A DNA stretch of 63,998 nt, filler included, from Asterionella formosa (GCA_002256025.1; 4 parts of 4 records of this genome joined end to end with filler, not necessarily neighbours in it); one strand, 5' to 3'; numbered from the whole stretch's first letter, positions 25,690 to 38,495 are shown. Translations and numbers: made by a program. The notes: a model not told the origin generated them from the sequence alone.

Positions 25690-26556
25690 GGTTTCTGTGA
25701 ACTCTCCCAAGACGAATACCGGTTTCACATTTACATTGAATGTTGGACAAACGAGGATACACGGCTCCAACAATTACTTGTCCGTATCGCGGTGTAAATA
25801 AATACTATACACACCAAAACTAATTCAAATAGTCAACCTACATAGACAGACTTTTTAATAGTATTGATGAATAACTGCTCTTGGCACGTGGCTGACCATC
25901 ATCACACATAAAATCACAATACAGTATATCTATATATGCATATACCCTATGTTGTAGCCTATCATGCATGTATTCGCGGAGGGCATAATATGTATCGTAT
26001 TCGCAAAATACATACCGGTATATGAACCACTCAGATCAGTCGCTCCTTTTTTACATCTTCGTACTTTTAAATGCCGCCGGCCGGTGTATAAATATTTATG
26101 ACAACAAAATAAGAGGTGTTATTTGTTATATTCATGGCTGATTATTGATGGAATATGCTCAACGGCCGGATTACAGGATGAATGTACAGCCTACCCCCCC
26201 CCCCGGTACCGCAAATTGTGTTCAACGCACCTATTGGGTATACTTGGATATGATGTGGAGTTTGGTTGTTGGAAGTTAGATGTCAATGAAGAAGGGTTGA
26301 GCGAAGAAGAAGGATGACTTGAATCAGGAATTGAGAGTTATTGATGCTTGTTCTATGTATTAAGGAATTGGTATATAATACAGCAATGAAGAAATTGATG
26401 GTCGAATTGTTGGAGACATCATAGAAAGACCCATAATGTGAAAAAATGATTTATTGTTACCATTAACTGAGCAGAAGATACCAATGAATAGAAACCATTT
26501 GTATGACAATAGGTTGACTATGCCCCATTTATTTATTTGGCGTCGCCTTCCAAAAC

Positions 26557-28233
26557 TTATATTGGAACCGTCAATAGTAGTCCATCATCCACTTCCTTAA
26601 GCCATTTCATGACCTGCAAATAAATTAAAGCTCTAGCATTTTGAATATTGTAATCATCATATGGTTGTACTGGGTGTGTCCAATAGTGATGAGATGCCCC
26701 ATAAACCCAGTGTGTTGGCAAATCCTGTGATGTGTCTTTTGTCAATGCCAACACTGCCCATGGATCCACATCTCCATTCACAGAAAGGACTCGTGAGACA
26801 TCAAGGTTATACCCTCCATAAAACAGGAGTGATTCATTCACATTCTTAGCCACTTGTTCTTTTGGAATACCAAAGCACCGTTCACAAATCTCTAAATCCC
26901 AATCAATTTCATGGTATCCACGTCCAAATGGGCAAATAGATTCTGCTTCACATGTTTGATAAAATCCAAATTCTGTGCATGTTTGCCATAACCATGACCG
27001 GATTCCATCCTCCTCTGTGGCATTCATGGAGGTGTCGGAAATGGAATTGAGGGTGGCAATCCAATCAATAGTCACACACATCCCATTATTTTGTTCTCTA
27101 GCAACAGTTGCTAAAGCCTGCATGGGACTTGCATCAGGCACCCCAAGTAATTTATCACACAACACAGCTATCGAGCTTGTTGCATCTGTTCCCATGGGAT
27201 CATTGGATTGTGCTGGAACCATTATTACACCATCGCCCAACCACATTGCTACATTCTTGGGGTCTTGCAAACTTGATACATCACATAGATCAAAGAGTGC
27301 TGCAATTTCATCGTGTCGGCCGGCGTCCTGGAGAAGTGCTGATGCAAGCTCAGCATGTCCTTCCATGACCAGTTGCAAACACTGGGATGATCCACCAACC
27401 CGAGAATATTGCAAATCCCAAGCAACTTGATCCAAATATCCCCCAAAATCCAAAGTTATGGCAATGGGTGCAGAAGAACTCACTGCTGCATGAATTATTT
27501 GAGGATGTAACTTTCGTGCCCATGCTGCCATCATACCAGGATATGACCCTCCAAAGGTTATCCAAGTATGTGAGTGAGCATGATGGTTATTCTTATTTTG
27601 TTCGATGACAAAATCCCGTAAATCAAATTGCGCTTGTCGTGACGAGAGCCATTGGAGATTAGAATTGGTGATGGGGGAAATTTGTTCTTGTGTTGAGGTA
27701 TTGATAAAGGAAGGATACGAGTTTCCATAGTATCGATGTTCTAATGCATACAAGTGAACGGATGCTCCTTGGCTGTCATACATGAATCGAGCCAATTCTA
27801 GCATATCTCCTGTGCAATGAACACTGTCTACTAAAACGGATTCGTCCATGGCCGGGCCCTCACCACCCACACACAAAAATGCCAAGTGAGGTCGTATCGT
27901 TGCGTCCTCCATTGTACTGCGAACAAACCGAGACGAGTAAAAATAGCGCTGATACAACACAGCGGAAACGTCGGCAGGAAGCGCGGTTGTATTGAAATGA
28001 TCCAATGGTTGTTCCATGAAATGAGTTTCGACGTCAACTTCTGAGTTAGTGTCACTGTTTATCACTTCGTCCTCGGCATTTTCGTACATAGTACTAACGA
28101 ATTTGTTCGAAGAACGATGACCGCTTCGGCGTTGATTCAAAATATCAATGGCTCGAAAGGCAGTCAGTGCAGTGATGGTTTCTGACATGAGTAGCCGCCA
28201 TTGGAGTATCAAGAATGGCAGTAAGCGGCACAT
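26557..28233 (-). CDS. Serine peptidase family S28 (PRSS16/prolylcarboxypeptidase-like), probably secretory
   Basis: QPLDHF, GGEGP, LEHRYYG, nucleophile motif GGSYPG, WQTCTEFGFYQT, NGDVDPW, ASHH. Confidence 0.93.
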   Translation of the reverse strand: MCRLLPFLILQWRLLMSETITALTAFRAIDILNQRRSGHRSSNKFVSTMYENAEDEVINSDTNSEVDVETHFMEQPLDHFNTTALPADVSAVLYQRYFYSSRFVRSTMEDATIRPHLAFLCVGGEGPAMDESVLVDSVHCTGDMLELARFMYDSQGASVHLYALEHRYYGNSYPSFINTSTQEQISPITNSNLQWLSSRQAQFDLRDFVIEQNKNNHHAHSHTWITFGGSYPGMMAAWARKLHPQIIHAAVSSSAPIAITLDFGGYLDQVAWDLQYSRVGGSSQCLQLVMEGHAELASALLQDAGRHDEIAALFDLCDVSSLQDPKNVAMWLGDGVIMVPAQSNDPMGTDATSSIAVLCDKLLGVPDASPMQALATVAREQNNGMCVTIDWIATLNSISDTSMNATEEDGIRSWLWQTCTEFGFYQTCEAESICPFGRGYHEIDWDLEICERCFGIPKEQVAKNVNESLLFYGGYNLDVSRVLSVNGDVDPWAVLALTKDTSQDLPTHWVYGASHHYWTHPVQPYDDYNIQNARALIYLQVMKWLKEVDDGLLLTVPI

Positions 28234-30209
28234 ATTCTGTCTACCACGAGGAGCTAGAGGGTATCAGAAATGATGCAAATCAAAATCATCAACACGCCAC
28301 AGTTGTGGGTTGCAGTTTGATTCAGGATTATTATATATACGCATAATATGCCGTATTTGCAGATATTATAGTTAACTTCATTTATTAAGCGCCATAAGAC
28401 TACTCAAGTGTTGGTAGGGTAGCCCGCGTGGCGCAGATATTAGTGGGCGCGCTCTGCCTGATAGTTAATAATTTCTAAAAACGACCAATTCACCATGACA
28501 AGGTGCTATCCAAGCAGAGAAAGAACAAATGAAAGAACAAATTAGTCATGTGGGAAAGATCAATAAAATAGGAATGATATACAATAGAAAGAGAATGCAG
28601 AAAGAGGAAGCAAGAGGAGATGGAAAGCAAAGCAGACAAAGCTTAATGCATGAGCAGAAACAAGTGGGCACAAGTGCGATTATTGGATAGCTTTAATGCA
28701 CTACAAAACTTTTAGCTAGCTGAGGAAATCAAGAGCAAGAAGTATACTGATTCTTTTAAGAATGCAAGGAGAAAGAATGCAAGGAGAAAGAAGGCAAGGT
28801 TTGCATTAATCAGTAACATGAGCAATGACTTGAATAAGAAACTGGCTGGTGCATTCAAATCAAGTTTATTTGAGAGCTAGTGAGGATGATATCCCTGAAT
28901 CAATTGGTGGCAACGAGAATGATGACAGTAGTGCTGAAAGTGATCATGACAGTACAAATTAAGATTAGCAGCATATAATAATGATATAAAAGCTATTATA
29001 TGGGATACAATTTAAATTCATTAAATTCAATCGATTGGTGATTACTTTATATTTAATTATACTGTCATAATTCGGTGCTGGGTCCTGCAAGCGCCCTGAA
29101 GATTTCCGAGGGTGCAACACATGAGCAGCTTCAAGGGCGTTGGAGATTCCTTACTTTCTTCTGCTTCTTTGTCATGCATCTCCGTCTCTTGCATTGTTAG
29201 CTGTGATGGTGGCAAGGGCACCAGCATACCCCAAAAACGCAAGGAGTCTTGGCTGAAGTTGTCCATTGATGATGAAACTTGACATGATGAACGCTTTTTA
29301 CATTTGACATGCATATTACGCATTTTAATGCTGTTGCCGCATATCACAGAACAATGTTGCTTGGACTGTTGGGAGCAACAAGCCAACGTCCAATTAGCAA
29401 AAACCATAATGACGCATTCACGGATTATTAACAAATTCATGATAAAAATAGGGGGCCTATTTGAACCAACAGACAATTGCAATAAAACGTCCAATGTCAT
29501 TACATTCTATATCATGAACGTTATCAGAAAAAATTTATTTTTATCAGCCCTAAGGAAATGAACCCGAGACGCGCAATATCCGAATGACAATAACCTTTTG
29601 TTCCGGATGCATCCTAACAATACTCGATGACATTTCTGGATGAATCCAAACAATTACGTCTGACATATACTAGACTGCCACCTGGTGGTGTCTTTCAGCT
29701 TCCAGGTTGACTTTTGGGTTAAGTGAAGTACTGCTGTATAATGGATACATTTCTTCTAAATATAATCATCAAACAATGTAACAACAATCTTCTCCTTGTT
29801 TAGCAAACCCTGGCACGCTATTTCCCCATCTGCTCATAATCTACGTAATGTTTATAGTAATGGGTAATATCGTCCTTCCTAGACCTTAAAAATAAAAATG
29901 ATACTTCATCAAATTGATTGTGTACCCATATATTTATTATCATGATGGGTTTTGACCACTATTATTAAAAAACAATATACCCACAATAGATATTACGCAG
30001 ACTATAATGGAGCAGTATTTACATTATGGGATAGGATTCCTTTCAAGCTTTTGGAAGAAATGTGCTATCATTTCTCATGGCATCACCCATCACTACTTCG
30101 AGCATCAGCTCCTAGTTACTGGCATTTTTGCAGCTATAGGCCCTATAAATGTTTTCAGTGAAAATGAGCCCAGTGCAGTTCGCTATGCACGAGAAACCAC
30201 TGCCGAATT

Positions 30210-31502
30210 CTAGAGTAGACCAAGCCTTGTCGTTGTTAGCTCCTTAGCAATGGACAGGATAACATTTTCTGCTTTGGGAGACGTACATGGTCCCTTGCGG
30301 CATATGCTTGTTGGCATGACATTGTCTGGCTTGACTACAAAAAAATTTCCCTGAACAAAAATGGTGTACCGCCCAGATATCGTATCAAAGGAAAATATTC
30401 GTCCCTTTTGACCATTCAAGTCCTGACGAACCATCAGACTATGAAGAATCACATTAGTATTCTTGAAAAATACCAAGTTGTAAGGCATCACATGAAACTC
30501 CAGAGCGGTGTCTTCCATTGGTTCCATGGCTCGGCATTGTCTCACGTCTACCAAAAATTGCCCTTGTTGATTACAATCCAAAAGTCTAACAACAAGGCCA
30601 TTCCTATACGATCCTTCCACCATTCCAACCAGCTCACCCAAATCTCGATGTTTCATTTGGTCCATCACCATTGATCGATAAACGCCAGGATTTTCTTTGG
30701 CTATGGTAACTACTAAATTCATTTGATTCAACTCTACCAAGATGTCACAGGTGCAACGGTGATGGGGACCAAGATGGGACATAGACCTCATGAGAATGGA
30801 CTGGATCATGTCAATACCTTCTGAGTACTCACCAAGATCAAAAGTCACCTGTCCCAATAGCAATGCATTCTCCACGCTGGTCGTGGTATCTACATGTCCA
30901 GGATGGTTCTGCTCATGTGAAAGCGCGTTGCGGCATGCCAACAGGGCATCGTTGAGTTTACCAGCATCAAACATGCAACGAGCATATTTGCTCCACACGG
31001 CATGCGCAAATGCCTTGGGCCATTCGTTCGATCCCTCGGCAGATTTCGTGAGGCTCTGAAAGAACACCATCCCTTCTTCGTATCGTCCAACATCGCAGAG
31101 TGACGAAGCATACGTCAATACTTGACATGCCAGTCCTAGACTCTGACCCATGTCCACTGAGGTAGGATTTGCCCCCGCTGCATGATGGTTCCATGATTCT
31201 TTCAGTCGATTGTGTTTCATGTAATTCTTTCTAATAGTAGTTTTCCAATGGTCGACATCAGGAATCGTTAAGCAATTATTGTTCATCGCTGAATATGATT
31301 CGTCCTCGGTTACGTGCCCCACATTTTCCAGTACCTTACAGAACCGGCCATTCGAAATGGTTTGGTGAGACCCACTTGTCACACCATCACGACATTCGCT
31401 GCAGTATGATGCTGCTTTTTGATGATTTCCTTGGCACTTCTGTCGTTGTTGATGTGTTATCGAACTCGGATGATTGATCCATAAGGGTTTCACGTTGTTC
31501 AT
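30210..31502 (-). CDS. Hypothetical protein with TPR-like helical repeats and a C-terminal DLNG..G....D...GRY module
   Basis: 430-aa ORF; TPR-like segments (GRYEEG, GKLNDAL, LGEYSEG, LGPHH); C-terminal VILHSL..RQDLNGQKGRIFSFDTISGRYTI. Confidence 0.6.
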   Translation of the reverse strand: MNNVKPLWINHPSSITHQQRQKCQGNHQKAASYCSECRDGVTSGSHQTISNGRFCKVLENVGHVTEDESYSAMNNNCLTIPDVDHWKTTIRKNYMKHNRLKESWNHHAAGANPTSVDMGQSLGLACQVLTYASSLCDVGRYEEGMVFFQSLTKSAEGSNEWPKAFAHAVWSKYARCMFDAGKLNDALLACRNALSHEQNHPGHVDTTTSVENALLLGQVTFDLGEYSEGIDMIQSILMRSMSHLGPHHRCTCDILVELNQMNLVVTIAKENPGVYRSMVMDQMKHRDLGELVGMVEGSYRNGLVVRLLDCNQQGQFLVDVRQCRAMEPMEDTALEFHVMPYNLVFFKNTNVILHSLMVRQDLNGQKGRIFSFDTISGRYTIFVQGNFFVVKPDNVMPTSICRKGPCTSPKAENVILSIAKELTTTRLGLL

Positions 31503-32155
31503 GTCTGAGTTTGTGTTGTTGCGAATTCACCTGTTTGAAAGTATGCCATGATGTGCGTCTACTCAACTATATGCTGAGTGGGGGTCTAAGGGTAGACTGA
31601 GGACGTTGATGCCCTTTAAAAATCAGGTACCATGGGATTGACATGGTGAACCCATGACGAGTGACGGTCAACCAAACTCGACGATATTTGTCTGTATGAT
31701 CAAAACGAAAATGTACGCCACATCACTCACACAAGATCGATCATGCCATGTGTCAAGAATATTAGCCCGAGTCACAAGGATTGTGGACTCGATTGTAATC
31801 GAACGAGTCGAATATTGCATTGCCACGTCAATCAGCTGTCTAACGAGATCAGAGATTGAAGATTTCTATGGAAATGTTAAGTGGAAACTCGAAGAGAGTC
31901 TTAGAATGACTTTGCAGGAAGCAAAGATGCATGGAAAGGAAACATTTAGTTTAGCTTATAATTTAATTTGAGATTTAGATTATCAACCGAGGAAACAGTG
32001 TGTTAATTGACAGTAAGGTCAATTAGTCTATCTAGCAGGAAGGCTAGAAGCAGAGACAAGAGAGAAAGTAAGTGGTACTAGGTAGTACTACGATCACGTA
32101 AGAGTCTACGTGAAGAGAGACCCAACCCACGGGAAGGAGTACGGACCATTTCAAC

Positions 32156-32255
32156 NNNNNNNNNNNNNNNNNNNNNNNNNNNNNNNNNNNNNNNNNNNNT
32201 TAATTAATTAANNNNNNNNNNNNNNNNNNNNNNNNNNNNNNNNNNNNNNNNNNNN
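32156..32255. other. Artificial contig spacer
   Basis: 100 nt of N around TTAATTAATTAA. Confidence 0.97.
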
Positions 32256-32278
32256 CATGTTTGAAGCAATAATTGAAT

Positions 32279-33110
32279 TCATAATTGCCTGAGTGGGATT
32301 GGCACTGTCAGTGGAGGTGGTTGTTTGAGATACCCATGCTGATTCAACAATGATGCCATGATTGACATCATCATCATGTTCATCATGTTCTGTTGCTGCT
32401 GTTGTTGCTGCTGCAGGTTATCAGTATCAGTTCGAGTAGCCTTGTGAAGCAACTGTGTCGAAAGAAGAGAAAGCACTTTTTCAACAGGCCCAGTATTGTT
32501 TGACACTGTCTTATCTCTAAATCGAGGGGACACCATAGGTCAAGGAAATCTTGAACCAGAAAAATTAGCATAAGCGGCAGATGTTGCTCCACCATTGTCT
32601 TCACTCTCCCCAGAAATCGCTATAAAATCATCATCAACATTTGGCTCATCAATATTGGGCTCATTGGGCTCTCTCTCTATTCCAAGATCAGTGGATTCAA
32701 TCTCAGCACTTGCATCTGCTCGTTGCTCGATTCTTCGAAAAATTTGTTTGGCATATCTCACCTCAGCAGGGCATGTTGGGTCCCCAGTTGGTTTCTTAAC
32801 TTTGTGCAGTTGTGAAAACTTTCGGCGAAGTGAAGGTCCTGTCCGTTCTTTGTCTGGGAAATTCTTGTTGTGCTGTGATGCAACAACTTCCCATTCATGG
32901 GACCCAATTGCCATCCTACTGTCCTCATCGTCACTGGCAAACTCATCAGCACCAGTGTCATCTTCATTCTTGTCGTCGTCCTCCTCCTCTTCTTCTGGTT
33001 GAGTCTGTTGTTGTTCTTGTTGCTGGTGACGGCGACGTTCAAGCAGCCTTGGAGAGGAAGGGAAGCCCTCCCTGGCTGCTCTGCTTTGACCAGAAGAAGA
33101 TGAAGACTTG
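32279..33110 (-). pseudogene. Myb/SANT-like (DUF6818-like) protein relic, probably transposon accessory gene
   Basis: IGSHEWEVVASQHN...RTGPSLRRKFSQLHKVKKPTGDPTCPAEVRYAKQIFRRIE. An in-frame stop at 32540 and an N-terminal frame break disrupt it. Confidence 0.65.
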
Positions 33111-33619
33111 GCCGAAATCTAAAAGCGATGACGATCGATTTATTGAGGAGGTTGATTGATATGTAACGATATGCATATGTATATGCATACCTATTTTGGC
33201 AAGAGCAAGCCATTTTGAGTATGAGCAAGCAAGTCTTGAAATATTCCGGGAAATTCTATATAGTCATTCATGTCTAAACATCTTTTTATATAATGCACTG
33301 TTATTTATAACTGTAAAGAGAGGTGCTTACCAGGTTTACCAAATTTGGTCAACACAAACACAAATTTTGGGGTTATGGGTACAACGATTTGTGTTCTAAT
33401 ATTTTTTTATTATCAGAGCGCGCCCAGTACTGTACAATAATAGCTGCAAAAAATCATATCCCGTTGTATGTTTTGTATCCAAAATATTTTCAGTTTTCAG
33501 TCACAAAAAACTCACATCTTAAAATCACCATCATTTACTTGTGCTTTGTCATGGAAAGGCATTAATATCCATATCCTCGCGTTGAAATTCATTAGATAAA
33601 TAATCTCAAAAGGACAGAA

Positions 33620-34207
33620 ATGAGCTTAAGAAAATTCGTCACTAGCAATATCGCCGCAGCTGTGTCCATCCATGTTGCCCTCACGACCATTTCAATTGCC
33701 GTAGGTATCTATGCTGGGAAGTTGGATGACGACGATCCAACTATGCAAGAGAATCAAGTTCTGGCCAAGAATTTCGAGCCATTGACCAAATTGGTAACTA
33801 ACATGTATACCGGAAAAGGAGTCGAAGATATAGCGGGAGCTAGACTCGGGAAGAATTGTACCTTTGAAGACCCAGCTGCAATTTGTTCCGGGTCAAGGGA
33901 AGTTATAGAGGCCTTTCGAGCGCTTCGAGTTGCAGAGCCAGAAGCTCTTTCACAGCCTCGAGTCATAGATGTTGATCCCAACAAGGAGTTTATACAAGTC
34001 AAATATTTTCTATCGCAGAAGTATATGGACCGCCTTCAGGTAAAGTCGTTATTGGTGGTGGATGCTGAACTATCAGGTGACGAGTTGGTCATCAAGAAGA
34101 TTGAGGAGCAATGGAACGGGGTCAAACCGCTCGGCTTCTTTTATTATCCAAGTCGGAGACTGAATGGTATTCTGAGCTTCAACATGACAAAATTATTTGT
34201 CAAGTGA
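33620..34207 (+). CDS. Conserved-looking hypothetical protein, NTF2/SnoaL-like fold, N-terminal hydrophobic helix
   Basis: 195-aa ORF with CTFEDPAAICSG..EV..AF and IKKIEEQWNG. Confidence 0.65.
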   Translation: MSLRKFVTSNIAAAVSIHVALTTISIAVGIYAGKLDDDDPTMQENQVLAKNFEPLTKLVTNMYTGKGVEDIAGARLGKNCTFEDPAAICSGSREVIEAFRALRVAEPEALSQPRVIDVDPNKEFIQVKYFLSQKYMDRLQVKSLLVVDAELSGDELVIKKIEEQWNGVKPLGFFYYPSRRLNGILSFNMTKLFVK

Positions 34208-34519
34208 TCGAGTATGCCGCGTGAAATACCCCAACCAATAACATGTGGCCGCAAACTGTCGTAACAACAATGCACGCTCCCTACAAGAAATTAACGTTCA
34301 TAATGGCACATACATTATTAGTAGTATATTAGTTAGTTTTGAGCGTTTGCTGTTGAGATGCATTCATTGGGTTTGGCAGTTTCTATCGTAGAGAGTGGAG
34401 TCGTCACCTCAAAGTTCGATGGTCGTCGTACAAGAGGGACTATTGTACTGATACAAAGCTGGCAAATGCTTCAATGCTCTATATGTATGCCGGAAGCAAC
34501 CAATGGTTCATGCTAAAAA

Positions 34520-34774
34520 TTACCACTTAGGCTTCGTAGCTAGCCACTCCTCTCTGGTGATAGGACCGACCTTAATGGCACCTCTTCGAATCTGATTTTG
34601 TTGGACCTCATAGAATCTGTTCAACATTGAACCTGATCTCTTGACATAGAGAGTCATTCCCGCTGACACGGCTAACATGCATGTTCCAATTCCAAAAACC
34701 AGATTCGATGGCTTCTCGGGTTTGTTTGATGAAAGCTGAGGCACAGATGGAATCGCTCCGTTTGTTGACGACAT
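34520..34774 (-). CDS. Small single-pass membrane protein
   Basis: ORF from MSSTNG with one hydrophobic segment (LVFGIGTCMLAVSAGMTLYV) and C-terminal GPITREEW. Confidence 0.55.
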   Translation of the reverse strand: MSSTNGAIPSVPQLSSNKPEKPSNLVFGIGTCMLAVSAGMTLYVKRSGSMLNRFYEVQQNQIRRGAIKVGPITREEWLATKPKW

Positions 34775-35726
34775 GCTGGCTTCAACTTTTCCTTGCTGTC
34801 TAATATACGATGATAGGTACATAATCTTTAATGACAAACGGAAATGTTATGGGACCCAAGACATCTCGGAAATTCGTTTTGAGTTCTCAAACACAAATAC
34901 CCGCACATGGTTATAGGTATTCTTACGACCCGAAACCAAGAGCGAAAAGGCAATGGGCGCGTTCCAAACTGGCTGTAGATTCAGAATTTGTGTCGTGATC
35001 ATATACTATGTGTAGAGGATGATACCAGAGCAAGTTGCGGTAAATGACAAATTTAGCTTTGTTTCCTCATAGTAAAACCCGTCTTCTACCGGGACAACTT
35101 CCACAGGAGTACCGGTTTCATGGTTGGTACCAGGTACCTTGGGAATTGCGGTAAAAGACGGTAATTACTATAAGGAAAACACAGCTACATTTGTCATTTT
35201 CCAGTACATGGTACGATGTACTCCCTGGCCTGGCACCCAGATACCAGGTACACTCCTCGGACTTGATACAATAGTCTAAAATGATAAACACCAGGTACGT
35301 GGTGGTACCACCCGGACTGTCCATTCAAACAACCGGAAAGAAGACAAAACAGAAAAAGTGCAATCATACTGGTAGTGGTAGCAGGGTAGTCTACCTGGTG
35401 TACCAGTGATACCAGGTTGGTGGTACCTGGTACTGTTTGAGTAAATAGCCATTGACAATGCACCGACGGGAAGATCTTCGAAGATTTCCTTGGGCGAGGG
35501 AATCTTATTACCACCAAACAGTGAAATAATAGTTACTATGATGTGAGCATTGCTGATCAAAAAGCGTAGATCCCACTATGAAGCTATTGTGAGAATAGAA
35601 TGAAGTTTGCTATGAAATCTTGGAAGACCCTAAAAATTCAACTCAGATGCAGGGCTTAAGTTAGAACTCAGATGAACCTCCAGATCGCCATCGAGTTCCA
35701 ATGAAACAAAATTCTGGATTGGTTAC

Positions 35727-36510
35727 TTAAGGTTCAGCATCGAAACCAGCAGTCTCGCAACTAGTGGCCATATTATCAAGCATTGCGAAATTCTCCGCTG
35801 TTTCCGGGAAGGCCTCCAAGACAGACTTGTGGTAATCCTTGACAGCTTGAGGAACAGCATCCCAGAACTTGGCTCTTGCCTTGATGAAAGCTAGTGGGGG
35901 AGCGACGGACAAATCAGCAATAGTGGGGGTATCTGAAAAGATGAATTTTGTATCCTTAAGAAACACATCCGTCAAAGTCTTGAAGTGTTCGTCCACCAGC
36001 TTCTTGAAATCTTCCTGTGCTTTCTCTGTCGATTGTTCCATTCCAAAGAGAATGTATCCAATCGAAGGCAAGCACGTGTAGTAAGCAGTCTGACGCCAGT
36101 CCATAGCAAGATCGATACGGGCTCTCTGGATCGGGTCCTTGGGGTAGAGTGTGTCTCCGTTGGGTGCAATGTTGCATAGGAAGCGCATGACCGTGTTGGA
36201 TTCCCAAATGGCAGTTCCGTCATCTAGTTCAACAGTTGGAGCACAGTGGCAAGGATTCATCGCAATGAACTCCGGGGACCGGGTCTTTCCATAGCAGTTC
36301 ACAATTTCAATGTCATCCATGCCAAGTTTCTTGACGATGGCAATCGGGCCATGCGAGTTGGCGGCTGTGTGTGTCGTTCAACGTGGACGGTTATCAGGGG
36401 CGCCATGTACAGAATAGACAAACGTGAGCTCAAGGCATCGACGGGGAATTAGTGTAATTATCTGGTCCATTACGACGCTACTTACAGGGGGGCAGAATGT
36501 GCAACTTCAT
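35727..36510 (-). CDS. Glutathione S-transferase (theta-like), 2 exons
   Basis: Exon 36510-36486 plus intron 36365-36485 gives MKLHILPPSANSHGPI; then EFIAMNPCHCAPT, IWESNTVMRFL, LYPKDP..RARID, PTIADL. Confidence 0.92.
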
Positions 36511-36974
36511 GGTGGTGATGTGTCTCGGTCACGGCTGACGGTCAAAGAAATTAGATATTATGACATCCTCGGACGGGGTACATGATGAAAATAACATAGC
36601 TCGCAGTGCATTTCATAGCACAAGTACAACCTGTACGTATTATTGTAAGCACATTATACATCTGAATAATTGTCCGAATATCTTGAGGTACGACCACGAC
36701 CAGGTACACTGGTACCTCGTACCATGAACCAGGGTACATAGTACATAAAAATGGTATGGGAGCATACTTTACGATTCAGTTTCTACGTAGTAAGATTCTT
36801 CCTTGTGATCGATGATGACAACAATGCTGCATGTAAAAATCACAAGCAAAGAGCAAGCATGACTTTGATGCGAACTTTGGTACACCTAAAAGGTACTGGT
36901 AAAAACACCCAAACTACCGGTAGAGCGACAACACGGGCTGATAATGGTCAAGAGGTGATAATTGATCGGATCTT

Positions 36975-38495
36975 GTGTTGCAACATCGGTACTGCTATTC
37001 TTTACCGTACATATCAAGTAATATGCCCACAACCGACGCCCCGTATGGCTACGCCTACTTAGGTCGCGATGCTGTAACCTGGGGCGAGGAAATCGGCGAA
37101 GTTCCAATCGATCCAGACATTTGCCCCTCTGCGAATCAGTGTCCTCCGTACATGGACCGCTCGGTTGGACCCAACGACAAGATTCACCTCGTGATCGCGT
37201 CTTTCCGAGATAGACTATGTCCCCGCACTCTCTATAATCTGTTTTCCAAGGCTGAGAATCCGTATCGGGTGTTTGTTAGAGTCTTGCAACAGATTGAGCC
37301 CGACACTGGATTAGACGATGACGGTGACTGTTGGGAAGGAATGTGCCAGCATTACAACGCCGCTGGTTTCGATTGCAATGTTTTCAAAAACAATATAGAA
37401 ATTATAACTGTACCGGCCTCGAATGCAAGAGGTCCAACCGATGCTCGCGCCAAGCTGTCTGCCTTGATTGCGCACGACTACATTCATTCCAGCGATGGCA
37501 AGCACCGCCTATCTCCGGTTGCTACGACGGATTATTGCATGCAGACTGATAGTCATATGGATTTCTCGCATAACTACGACACCAAGTTGATCGACATGTT
37601 CCATCGAGCCGAGAATGACCGGGCTGTTCTCAGTACCTATGTGGATCCTATGGAAAACAACGACCTGGACCCCAAGCAAGTCCCTCACCTGTGTATGATT
37701 CGCTTTTCAAATACATGGAGGAACTGGGGGACGAAATATTTGAGGAAGGCAATCAAGCCAAAACTGACCAACTTAGTGTGGGGCGCCGGCCTGTCCTTTC
37801 ATAAATGTCACGCAGAGTTGAACGTCCCGTACGACCCATTCCTAGACAATGTCTTTGACGGCGAAGAAACAAGTAGGGGGATTCGCTTCTTCACCCACGG
37901 GTATGATGTGTATACTCCTGATAAAGTTTTGGTAACACACGACTATCAAGGTCATCAAAGTAATCCGAATGTGCACACGTGGGGCAAGGAAAAGGTGAGA
38001 ATTGGACAAGGAAAGGATGAAGAGAATTCTGTCGACTTGTCGTTTATGGATCATATTGAAGAAGTTCGCGCAAAAGTGGTACCCACTGGCACAACTAGAG
38101 TGAATTTACTGTTTGGATTTGACCCCAATGCCGACCCAGTAGCAACAGAATTGATTACAATGTCTCGATATGGACTCGGTAACTTAAGGACTCTCGAGCA
38201 AGCATATGAATTCGCAGGGTTCGACCCTCGCCAGCGAAAGATGGTTGGGCATAATCGATGCGGAAACCTCAAGTGGGTGCCTTTTGAATCTCCCGAAGTG
38301 GACGACTGGGGGGTTAAAGAGACACTTAATCGAAAGCTGTGGAATGAGGAACATGTAGCGCTTGAAATTGATGATAGTAATTGGATCAATCCCTTGACCA
38401 TGGGATTGGTGAGCATGTCGCTTCTCCCTATGGCATATGCCCTTCGTAGGAAGGGTTGGTTTAGACGAAGGAAAAGTGATAAGTTGCTTCAATAG
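36975..38495 (+). CDS. GT60-like GlcNAc transferase (Skp1-hydroxyproline GlcNAc-transferase family); start uncertain; C-terminal TM
   Basis: IASFRDRLCPRTL, ARGPTDAR, QTDSHMDF (DxH), VLSTY, WGAGLSF, VPYDP.L..VFDGEE, RFFTHGYDVYTP. Confidence 0.88.
   Translation: MLQHRYCYSLPYISSNMPTTDAPYGYAYLGRDAVTWGEEIGEVPIDPDICPSANQCPPYMDRSVGPNDKIHLVIASFRDRLCPRTLYNLFSKAENPYRVFVRVLQQIEPDTGLDDDGDCWEGMCQHYNAAGFDCNVFKNNIEIITVPASNARGPTDARAKLSALIAHDYIHSSDGKHRLSPVATTDYCMQTDSHMDFSHNYDTKLIDMFHRAENDRAVLSTYVDPMENNDLDPKQVPHLCMIRFSNTWRNWGTKYLRKAIKPKLTNLVWGAGLSFHKCHAELNVPYDPFLDNVFDGEETSRGIRFFTHGYDVYTPDKVLVTHDYQGHQSNPNVHTWGKEKVRIGQGKDEENSVDLSFMDHIEEVRAKVVPTGTTRVNLLFGFDPNADPVATELITMSRYGLGNLRTLEQAYEFAGFDPRQRKMVGHNRCGNLKWVPFESPEVDDWGVKETLNRKLWNEEHVALEIDDSNWINPLTMGLVSMSLLPMAYALRRKGWFRRRKSDKLLQ

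Noticed and set aside
28400..30200. Possible gene or transposon in the AT-rich interval
   Set aside because: Only short broken frames; no recognisable motif or terminal repeats that I can support.
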